Shown piece by piece: positions 22,361 through 31,679 of a stretch of 48,696 nucleotides of DNA (positions are counted from its first letter, which is position 1; the number at the start of each line of letters is the position of its first letter). Below the pieces are notes generated by a model. It saw only the letters and a program-made list of their open reading frames with translations, made no database searches and had not been told where the DNA came from. The stretch is taken from contig JAVHPF010000029.1 in NCBI GenBank assembly GCA_036170435.1, positions 1-48,696 on the forward strand, written 5' to 3'. A program made the translations under genes and the position numbers. Origin of the DNA: Patescibacteria group bacterium (GTDB lineage: Bacteria; Patescibacteriota; Gracilibacteria; BD1-5; UBA6164).

Positions 22361-25300
22361 TTAATAAATTAAATCTTTATATAAATCTGGTAATGAATAA
22401 GTTCATTGTCAATAACTAAGATTATTTATATTTGAATAATAATCTTTTGCATTATTTCTAAGAGATTCTATAGAGGTAGCTAATGAATCAGGATTACTTA
22501 CAAGACCATCATTTAAATAATTATCAGATACAGTATTCCATATATCAGTAGCAAAGTCACTACAAGGTGCAAATTCAGACCATTTAAGTCAATTACTAAT
22601 ATCTGAATTTATAGTATTAATTATAGTATCATACTGATATCAATTTATATATTCTCATATTGAAACTACATTATCATAATTAGCATAATTTCTATCTTTT
22701 TCTCTATTTTTTACTATATCTGAATTTTGGTTTATAGCATAAGTTGAATTTGACCAATTATTTCAAATTCAATATGAAGTAGTTTCTCAATTTATCGTTA
22801 ATTCTATCCAAGAATGTCAATCTATAAAAATATATGGATTTTCATACCAAGAATAAATTGTAATTTTTCATACTATCAAACTCTTTTCCTTCCCCATCGG
22901 ATCAACAAACATCACACTATTATTCCCAACATAACTATATAAGTTTATATCATCAACTTGTCCAATTGGATCTCTTGATATAAATCTTCAAAGTTCAGCA
23001 GAATAATATCTTGCTCTGTAATAATATAATCATATTTCCTTATCAAATTCTCTTCCAGTAAACAATCTATCATTATTTATTTTTGAGTCTTTAAAATCTC
23101 TCCAATTATCAGATTTTCAATCTCTTATGTAAGCTTTTCCAAAAACATCGTATTTATACTCTTCTACTACTTTTCCTTTTTCATCTGTAATTGCAGTAAT
23201 ACTTCATAATTGGTTTTTAGTATAGTAATAAACTTTAGATTTTCAATCTTTTGTTATAATACTTGCTAAAATATCATCAATAGTGTTTGAATAAATATTT
23301 TCTTTTGTTTCTTCTAGTTTCAATTTATCTTTTTCTTGTTCAAAAATTTCTTCAACTATTGCATTATTTCAAGCATAAGTATATTTTACCACTTTGTTTT
23401 CATTTTTATCTTTATCATCTTCATAAACTATTTTTTCTAGTCTTCTTCATAAAGTATCATAAGAATATTTTGCAATAATTTCACTATTTTTATATTTTTG
23501 ATTTTTTCCTTTTATTCCCTCGCCTATAAGGAGAGGGTTAGGGTGAGGTATTTCTAATTCTTCTACTTTTACTAATCTATTTCTATAATCATAGAAATAT
23601 TTTTGTTTATTATCTTGTATAAGATTTCAGTTATTATCATAAACGAAATTTTCATTTTTCTTTTCAATATTTGTTTGAGTATATTGATTCAGTTCATTGG
23701 TAATATAATCAACATTTGTAATATCTTTTTTTCAAGATTTTCAAACTGTTTTTTCTTCTGTTAATTGAGAACTTGTTCTATTTCAAATATTATCATAAAC
23801 AAACTCTTCTTTTCTCCCTTTTTCAAAGGGAGAACCCGAAGGGGGAGGGATTATTTGACTTGATATTAATCTTGAAATTTCATCATAATTATAGTTTTCA
23901 AGTCAATTTGATTTAATATTTCAAATATTATCGTATGAAAAAGTTAAACTATTTATAATATTTTCTTGTGTTGAAGTATTTTTTCATTTTTTAAGTTCTT
24001 CAATAGAAATATTTTTTAATTCTTGTAATCTTCATAGATTATCATAAGAATAGTTTGTTTTGGTAGTATTTCCATTGATTTGATTTACTAATTCTAATCA
24101 AGAATAATTATAGTCTATATTTATTCCTTTTGTTCCCTCGCCTGCAAGCATAACTGAGACAGGAGTGCTTGCACGACTATCTTCGAAGTTAGAGCGAAGC
24201 AGAGGGTTAGGGTGAGGTGTATTTATATTTTTAAGTCTATTTATCTCATCATAAGATTTTGTTACTACTTTTCAACTTGGATAGATTAGTTTTACTTGAT
24301 TTCAATTAAAATCGTATTCGTAGTTAATTGTTTTTCAATTATTTGTTTCACTTGTAAGTTGGTTAAGCGAATTATATACGAAACTTGTTTCAATAGTTTT
24401 TCATTCATTATCTATACTTTTTGAGTTTATTAATCTTCATAAATCATCATAAATATAGTTTTCTTTTATAGTTCAGATTATTCAAGTAGAATTTGAAATA
24501 TTTCTTTCTACTAATCTATTTAGAAAATCAAAAGTATTTGAGATAATATTCCCGTTTGGATCAGTTTTTTTAACTACATTACCTAGTGAATCATATTCAT
24601 AATTTATTTGTTTTGTATCACTATAGATTTCTTTTTTAAGTCTATTAAATAAGTCATAAACATAAGTAGTTTTATTTCAATTTCAATCAATAATTGCTAT
24701 TAAGTTTCAGTTTATATCATATTCAAATTTTGTTTCAATATTTTTTCAATTTATATATTGAATCTTTTTTGTAACTTTTCAAAGATAATTATATTCTAAA
24801 TCTGTTTTATTTCAGTTTTTGTCTAGAACTCTTGTGATTTGATTTAAAGAATTGTAAATATATCATTTCAGAACATCATTATCTGATTTTTCTCAAATAA
24901 GTCTATTATCTTTGTCATAAAAATAATATGTATTTAGAATTTTTCAAATATTACTTATAATTGATTTTTTAGTAATATTATCATTTTTATCATATTCAAA
25001 AGTTTGTTTATTTCATAGAGAATCTATTATAGAAAGACTTCTTCAAAATATATCATAATTAAGACTTGTTTTATTTCCTGAATTTTCTATTTTTTCAACT
25101 AAAAGTCATTTATTATAAATATAATTTGTAGTAATTTGAGTATTTGATTCTATATTATAGATAATTTCTTTTGTAGTATTTCCAAGTAAATCATAAATTT
25201 TTTCTTGTTTTGATAAAAGTTTATTTTCTTTGTTAAATACTTCAATTTTTATAACATTTCAAGAAACATCATAAGTTAAATTTGTAATGTTTCCTAATTC

Positions 25301-28108
25301 ATCTGTTATTTTAGTAACTTGATTAAATAAATCATATTTTAGAGTTTTTGAATTTCATTTAGCATCAATAATTTTTGTAATATTTCAAGCATTATCGTAT
25401 TCATATTTCGTTTCAATTCATTCAAAAATAGTTTTTATTACTTTATCAAATTCATTATAGAAAAATTCTTTTACAGCTCAATTTGGATAAGTAATTTTTT
25501 TGATATTTTCATTATTATCGTATTCAAATTTTGTTTTAGAATTTAAATCTTTTGAAATAGGATTATTTATTTCAGAAATTTTATCTAAAATATCATAAGT
25601 TTTTGAGACATTTACATCATTATTATCAACTTTTTCAGATTGTTTTATATTATTTCCATTCAAATCATATTCAAAAGAATTTATAACTCACTCCGGACTA
25701 ATAGTTTTTATTATCTGATTAAATTTATTATAATTTATACTTTTTGTATTTCAATTTGCATCTGTTACAGATAAAATATTTCAAGCATTATCATAAGTAA
25801 AACTTGTATCAATAGTATCTGAAAATATAGCAAGTAATGATGAATCTTTTTTTGATATTTTTACTAAATTTCCATTTTGATATTCTAAACTAGTTTTTAA
25901 TCAATTTGGATTTATAGTTTTTACAAGTTGTCATAAATTATCATATTCATAGCTTGTTTCTAGAATTTCATCTCAATTAAAAATTTTTTTATTTATTACA
26001 TTTCATTTTTCATTAAGATTATTTTCTATAATAAGTCCGTTTGATTTTGTTATTTTTATTGGAGTTTCAAAATTTCATTCGTATTCGTATCTTGAGATTT
26101 TCTCATATTCTCAGATTTCTTTTTGTATAAGGAGTCTTCATAAAGAATCATAAGAATATTCTATAATTTTTCAGTTTGGATTAATATCTTTTGTAAGTCT
26201 TCCATTTTCATCATATTCATATTTGAATTCTACAATTCAATTATTTGTTTCTACTTTTCTTGAAATAGTATTTCAATTTATATCAAAAGAATACTCTGTT
26301 TTTACTCAATTTCTATTTATTACATTATTTTTTATTACTTTTCAATTTTCATTGCTAGTATATGTATAATTTACTGTTCAATTTCAATATTTTTGACTAA
26401 TTACTCTGTCCGATTCATCATATGTATTTTCTACATAAGTTTGTAATTTTGAATCAATTAGTTTTGATATATTATGATTTAATTTTTCATTTGCATTTCA
26501 AGAAATATATTCAAATTTGATTTCTTTTAAACTTCAATTTTTTCAAGTTTTTATACTTACTAAATCATTATTAGAGTCATAAATAAAATCTATTTCATCA
26601 TTATTTGAAGTAGTAATTTTTACAAGTCTAGAATCAGCATTATAAATATAGTTTATTTCTTTTCATAAAGTATCTATAGTTTTAATTAGTTTTTTATCTG
26701 CATCATAGTAGTAAGATAAGGCATTTCCATTTTTATCTTCTATTTTTGATATTTTATTTATATCATTAAAATAATATTTTTTTCAGTTATCAAATACTAT
26801 TTTATATAATTCATTTTCTTTTGATAAAGTTGCTCTTGAAGATAAATTATAGCTATTTTCTCAATTAAATTTTGAAATAGAAAATAATCAATTATGTAAA
26901 TCGATTATATTATCATCATTTTTTGAAATATATATATTTTGATTATGATCAAAATTAAATCAAAGTGGTCAATTATAATATACTTGATTTGAGTATTTTA
27001 TATCCAAATCATAATTTAAATTTAATCATTTTAAAGATAATAATTTATTCAAATAATCAAATTCTCAATTAGAAATATTTACTGGATCCACAGTATCTTG
27101 TGAATTATTAGATAGATTAGATGAGTTATTTATGAAATCATTATTTAATCCTATTATTCAATTATTATAATATGTATAATCTCAATTATCTGGTAGTTGA
27201 GGTAGATCTATTGGAGGTATATCATTTGTAAAAATAAGACAATTTTTATCCACTCAATGCATCCAATGTCAAGATACTATTCATTTATCAATTATTAAAT
27301 TATTAATATTTCATTTTTTTTCTTTAACTTTTAATCCTTCCCATCAACAAAAAACAGAATTTCATAAATCTGTATCAAATGACAAATGTCATTCTATTTT
27401 ATCAAAAGATTCATATATATTTTTTTCTTTAGTTTTAAGATTATATATTCACCATCATTGTAAATATGAAGAATCTTCATTATAATCAAATGTTTTATAG
27501 TATAATGTATCTAAATTTTCATCCACCCAAAAAAATCAATTCCATGTAACTTCCCGACTTTTTCAAAAAAGATGTTCAGAAATTCAATTTTTGTAAATAT
27601 CAAATCAACTATTAGAAAGTTTAATAGTACTTCATTTATAAGGCTGGATAGATTGTCAATACATTCATCAAATAGTTTTCCGATAATTATCAATTGAAAT
27701 ATCATTTGATCACCAATAGGATGTTCATGGTATGTTGTGAAATTCTAAAGCTGTTATAGAAATTGCAGGAGTATTATAATTATCATTAATATTTTTTTTA
27801 AAATAATACATATCAGTTGGAACTATTTTAAAATAACTCCAATAAACATAATCTCATTGTTTTTTAAATGCAACAGGTTGATTTAAAGATGTTATAGAAG
27901 ATTCAAAAACTTCTTTTTCCCCATCCTTATTTATTTTCATTATTTTTCATGTTGTCCGGTCATTATCATTATCAATTGTAGAATCAACATAAATAACAAC
28001 ATAATCACTATTATTTATATTTGTTGCTAAAGCACTATTATAAAATAATGGAGAAAATAATATCCCTAAAAATAGTATTTTCTTAAATATCACATTTTTT
28101 ATTTTCAT
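22361..28108 (-). CDS. rhs: Rhs/YD-repeat polymorphic toxin (1915 aa)
   Basis: ATG 28108, TAA 22361-22363. Signal-like N-terminus MKIKNVIFKKILFLGILFSPLFYNSALA. Dozens of YD repeats (YEYDENGRLT, YEYDNLGQLV, YTYDNAGNIL, YEYDSLGNVV; Gly mostly TGA). Core end YYYRARYYSAELGRFISRDPIGQVDDINLYSYVGNNSVMFVDPMG. About 178-aa C-terminal tip. In frame with track ORF 25478-25663. Confidence 0.9.
22893..23237. repeat. rhs core repeat, master copy (other copies at 21652-21975 and 19692-20062)
   Basis: Three direct copies of the last ~110 core codons. 23097-23216 is base-for-base identical to 21856-21975. Confidence 0.9.
23517..23549 (-). repeat. GC-rich palindromic element A, in frame inside rhs
   Basis: ccctcgcc-tataagg-agagggttagggtgaggt in an otherwise AT-rich ORF. 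Stem CCCTC.CC/GG.GAGGG. Translated as PHPNPLLIGEG. Confidence 0.75.
23814..23850 (-). repeat. GC-rich palindromic element B, in frame inside rhs
   Basis: Sense strand tccctcccccttcgggttctccctttgaaaaagggag. Hairpins ccc-ttcg-ggg and tcccttt-gaa-aaaggga. Translated IPPPSGSPFEKGRKEE. Related copies at 29392-29438 and 29865-29910. Confidence 0.75.
24135..24219 (-). repeat. GC-rich element A carrying a nested 57-nt palindromic insert, in frame inside rhs
   Basis: Same ends as 23517-23549 (ccctcgcc ... agagggttagggtgaggt), but the loop is replaced by tgcaagca...tgcttgca and cttcg...cgaag inverted repeats. Translated PHPNPLLRSNFEDSRASTPVSVMLAGEG. Confidence 0.75.
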
Positions 28109-28210
28109 AAAACAAAACATTAAAGAATTAAAAATGATAAGAATATCTTATCATTTTTATATTTTACATATCAAATATTAATTTTTTATTAACAAATAAA
28201 AGATTTTTAA

Positions 28211-28242
28211 AAAAGTATTACTTATTTCTAAGTAATACTTTT
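28211..28242. terminator. hairpin between tRNA-Gln and the rhs start
   Basis: Perfect 14-bp stem aaaagtattactta / taagtaatactttt, loop tttc, 16 nt downstream of the tRNA 3' end. Confidence 0.5.
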
Positions 28243-28257
28243 ATTATTTATTTTTAA

Positions 28258-28332
28258 TGGCTGGGATGGTAGGATTCGAACCTACGAATGGCGGAGTCAA
28301 AGTCCGCTGCCTTACCACTTGGCGACATCCCA
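28258..28332 (-). tRNA. tRNA-Gln (anticodon UUG), CCA encoded
   Basis: Sense strand TGGGATG-TC-GCCAAGTGGTAAGGC-A-GCGGA-CTTTGAC-TCCGC-CATTC-GTAGG-TTCGAAT-CCTAC-CATCCCA-G-CCA. 7-bp acceptor with U1-A72 and discriminator G73 (bacterial tRNA-Gln identity elements). Anticodon loop CU-UUG-AC, T-loop TTCGAAT. Confidence 0.9.
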
Positions 28333-28452
28333 ATATTTAGTGCTGGCTTATTATATAAAAAAATAGAGAAAGTCAAAGTTTTTTTAGTAAATTAATTGAA
28401 AAGTTTGCTTTTTTGGATATAAGTATAGTAATTAAAAATAAGTAATAAAAAA

Positions 28453-29859
28453 ATGAAAATAAGTATTTTTGGTACTGGATATGTATGACTAGTTAGTTGA
28501 GCCTGTTTATCAGAATTATGACACGAAGTAATGTGTATTGATATTGATGAAAAAAAGATAGAAAATCTGAAAAAATGAATAATTCCCATTTATGAGCCAG
28601 AACTTGATGAACTTGTTAAAAGGAATTATAAACAAGGTAGGTTATCATTTTCTACTAATATTCCTGAGTGAATAAAATTTGGGAAAGCTATTTTTTCAGC
28701 TGTCGGAACTCCTCCAGATAAAGAAAATAATAATAAGGCTGACTTAAAATATGTTGAAGAAGTAGCTAAAACTTTTGGTGAGAATATAAGTGAATATAAA
28801 CTTTTCATAAACAAATCAACTGTTCCAGTAGGAACTGGAAAAAGATGTAGAGATATAATCAAAAAAGAAATTCAAAAAAGAGGAAAAGATATAGAATTTG
28901 ATGTTGCATCAAATCCAGAATTTCTTAGAGAATGAAGTGCTATATATGATTTTTTAAATCCTGATAGAGTAGTTTGCTGAGTACAAAACGAAAAAGCTAA
29001 ACAAATAATGGAAGAGATTTACAAACCTCTAGCAAACAAAACTGAAATCATAATAACTGATATTGCTTCAGCAGAAATAATCAAATATGCAGCAAACGCA
29101 TTCCTCGCTACAAAAATCAGTTTCATCAATGAAATAGCAAATTTTGCGGAAAAAGTAGGATGAAATATTTGAGATATAAGCAAGTGAATATGAGCGGATA
29201 ATAGAATCGGAAATAAATTCCTAGAATCTGGAATCGGTTATGGTTGATCTTGTTTTCCGAAAGATATAAAAGCTTTTATAGAAACTTGAAAAGACTTCGA
29301 TCACGAATTCAAAATAATCAGAGAGACTGAAAATGTAAATGAAAGACAAAAAACTATAGTTATTGATAAATTGATAGAATCGATGGAATCCATCCCTTCT
29401 CCATTACATTCCGAAGGACTTCCTTTGGAAAAGGAAGAAATTAATGAATCACAACTATTAAAATGAAAAACTATTTCTATCTGGTGACTCGCTTTTAAAC
29501 CGAATACTGATGATATTAGAGAAGCTCCAAGTATTTCAGTAATAAATAGATTACTTGAACTTTGAGTAGAACAAATTAAGACTTTTGATCCGGCTTGTAT
29601 GACTCATATGGAAGGAGTATTTAGAGAAAATAGTGAAGTAGTATTTTGTGAAACTAATTACCTGGCTTTAGAAGATAGTGATGCTCTAATAGTTCTAACT
29701 GAATGGAATGAATTCAAAATTCCAGATATAAAAAGAATTAGAAAATCTATGAAATGAAATATTATAATAGATGGTAGAAATATTTGGGCAGATGAAAATC
29801 TAATTGATGAATGATTTATATACAAATCTATATGAAAAGTCTCTAAGAAACATTTATAG
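28453..29859 (+). CDS. ugd: UDP-glucose 6-dehydrogenase (468 aa)
   Basis: [32 protein letters not shown] (Rossmann motif, three of its Gly are TGA). Catalytic-site GIGYGGSCFPKD at 29230-29265 (TGA 29245-29247). [18 protein letters not shown] 29857-29859. About 20 extra residues at 29392-29438. Confidence 0.9.
29392..29438 (+). repeat. probable element-B copy inserted in frame in ugd
   Basis: atcccttctccattacattccgaaggacttcctttggaaaaggaaga, GC-richer than its surroundings. Hairpin ttccttt-gga-aaaggaa. Translated [16 protein letters not shown], in the same phase as the rhs copy (IPPPSGSPFEKG). Confidence 0.5.
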
Positions 29860-29864
29860 GAAAA

Positions 29865-29910
29865 TCCCTCCCCCCCCTTCGGGTACTTCGCCTTTCTAAA
29901 AAGGGAGAAA
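29865..29910 (+). repeat. element-B copy, intergenic
   Basis: tccctccccccccttcgggtacttcgcctttctaaaaagggagaaa begins 6 nt after the ugd stop and aligns with the rhs copy (reverse complement of 23814-23850). Confidence 0.7.
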
Positions 29911-29911
29911 T

Positions 29912-30024
29912 AGAACAAATCCCCCGGTCTACGACCACCCCCTTAATAAGGGGGACAAGAGTAAAATAAAAAAGTCCCCCTTATTAAGGGGGTGGCTGAG
30001 GAATGAAGCCGGGGGATTTGTTCT
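29912..30024. repeat. 113-nt nested GC-rich palindrome (MITE-like or structured RNA/terminator)
   Basis: Outer perfect 16-bp inverted repeat agaacaaatcccccgg (29912-29927) / ccgggggatttgttct (30009-30024). Inner perfect 22-bp inverted repeat ccacccccttaataagggggac (29935-29956) / gtcccccttattaagggggtgg (29974-29995). Each inner arm is itself a CCCCC-TTAATAA-GGGGG hairpin. Confidence 0.85.
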
Positions 30025-30052
30025 CTAAAATTTATAATTTTAACAAAAACTT

Positions 30053-31009
30053 ATGAAATTAATAATACAAATTCCTTGTTTTAATGAAGAAAAAACTCTG
30101 CTTTCAGTTCTAGAAGAATTACCTACTCAAATAGATGGAGTAGATGAAATTGAAACTATGATTATTGATGATGGGTCTAGTGATAAAACTATAGAAGTGG
30201 CTACTAAATTTGGAGTTGATTATATAGTTAAACATATTGGAAATAAAGGGCTTGGGAATTCATTTAAATCTTGAGTTCATAAAGCACTTTTAGAATGAGC
30301 TGATATTTTGGTAAATACTGATTGAGATAATCAATATCCAAGTAAATTTATTCCAGACTTAATAAAACCTATTTTGGAAGGAAAAGCTGATTTTGTTATG
30401 TGAAATAGACAAACTAAAAAAATCTCTCATTTTTCATTTTTGAAGAAATTTTTTCAATGGCTTGGATCTGCTATGGTAAGATATTTATCAGGAACAAATA
30501 TTCCGGATAGTGTTAGCTGATTTAGAGCTTATTCTAAGGAAGCATTATTAAAACTAAATGTAACTTCTGATTTTTCTTATGCTGTTGATACACTTATTCA
30601 AGCTGGTAGAAAAAGAATCAAAATAGTTGATGTTGATATTACTACAAACAGACCAACAAGACCTTCAAGATTATTCAAAAATATGTGGCATCACATGTAT
30701 AAAACTACTCAAATTATGATTAGAGTTTATGCAATGTATAATCCAATGAGAATATTTTTTGCTCTTGGAACTCCATTTTTGGTTTTAGGATTAATAGGAC
30801 TTTCTAGATTTATGTATTTTTATATGATGAATCCTGTTGATACTGGCAAAATCCAATCGCTTGTTATTTCTGGAGTTTTCTTAATGATTGCTATACAATT
30901 TTATGCTCTTGGAATAATCTGAGATTTGATAGCTAAAAATAGAAGACTTATAGAAGATGATTTGTATCTAACAAAAAAACAATATTACGAAAAAAATAAA
31001 TGATATTAA
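30053..31009 (+). CDS. GT2-family polyprenyl-phosphate glycosyltransferase (DPM1/GtrB-like) with two C-terminal TM helices (318 aa)
   Basis: MKLIIQIPCFNEEKTL...IIDDGSSDKT...NTDGDNQYP. Track ORFs 30053-30274 and 30683-30922 are in one frame, joined through TGA codons. TAA 31007-31009. Confidence 0.8.
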
Positions 31010-31010
31010 G

Positions 31011-31044
31011 AAAAAAGACTGGGAAAAAATTCCTAGTCTTTTTT
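31011..31044 (+). terminator. rho-independent terminator after the GT2 gene
   Basis: aaaaaagact-gggaa-aaaa-ttcct-agtctttttt, about a 15-bp stem ending in a T-run. Confidence 0.7.
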
Positions 31045-31110
31045 GAAATAAAGTTTGATTTTAGTTAATCTTAAATATAATTAATTTAATTAAATTTAAA
31101 ATATATAAAT

Positions 31111-31329
31111 ATGGCTACAATATTATCAAAAAAAGACTTCAAAATTATTTGATTTAATGCTAAAAATTCAGAAAAAATTATTATTGAGCTTGATCAAAAA
31201 ACTTTGGATTGATTAATTTGAACAAAAAAAAGAATAATTAAAAAACCTGAAGATATGAGTCTAAGAGAATATATAAAATCATGAGAAATCTATAATCCTA
31301 ATAATATAGTTTGAACTTATAATAATATA
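31111..31329 (+). CDS. putative antitoxin of the RelE/YafQ-like pair (72 aa)
   Basis: Small ORF (ATG 31111, TAA 31327-31329) 27 nt upstream of a RelE-family toxin. The family itself is not recognisable. Confidence 0.45.
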
Positions 31330-31356
31330 AATGATTTAATCTTAAGTTTAAATTAA

Positions 31357-31627
31357 TATGATTTTTAAAAAACACAAAACTTTTGAAAAAAATTATAAAA
31401 AATTAAATGCTAAATTAAAAAGCAAAGTAAATGAAACATTAATTTTATTTTCAAAAGATCATTTCAATAAAAAATTAAACAATCATTGATTAATCTGAGA
31501 TTTTAAATGACTTAGAAGTATAAATGCTACTTGAGATTATAGAATAATTTTTAGAGAACTTTCAAATAATACATACGAAATAATAGAATTACTAAAAGTA
31601 TGAACTCATTCTGAATTATATAAATAA
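31357..31627 (+). pseudogene. RelE/YafQ-family mRNA-interferase toxin, split by a +1 frameshift
   Basis: Frame 1 (31357-31569): MIFKKHKTFEKNYKKL...NNHGLIGDFKGLRSINATGDYRIIFRELFK*. The conserved C-terminus SNNTYEIIELLKVGTHSELYK* is in the +1 frame (31562-31627). The switch point is the tttt run at 31559-31562. Confidence 0.75.
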
Positions 31628-31630
31628 ATA

Positions 31631-31679
31631 TAACTATTAAAAAAGACTAAATTTAAAATTTAGTCTTTTTTAATAGTTA
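31631..31679. terminator. bidirectional terminator, 23-bp perfect hairpin
   Basis: taactattaaaaaagactaaatt / aatttagtcttttttaatagtta with a 3-nt loop, between convergent genes. It contains the epimerase stop codon. Confidence 0.8.

Noticed and set aside
19692-23237. The three ~330-bp repeats as a possible CRISPR-like or IS-type repeat array
   Set aside because: They are coding sequence for the conserved Rhs core, unevenly spaced and followed by different tips. There are no short regular spacers, no terminal inverted repeats and no transposase.
27511-27705. Track ORF (64 aa) inside the rhs N-terminal region
   Set aside because: It is in a different frame from the rhs ORF, which stays open (no TAA/TAG) from 28108 to 22364 and matches YD-repeat logic downstream.
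28392-29918. Three minus-strand track ORFs (28392-28589, 28626-28862, 29658-29918)
   Set aside because: They are antisense to ugd, which has unmistakable family motifs on the plus strand. The last one also runs through the GC-rich intergenic repeat.
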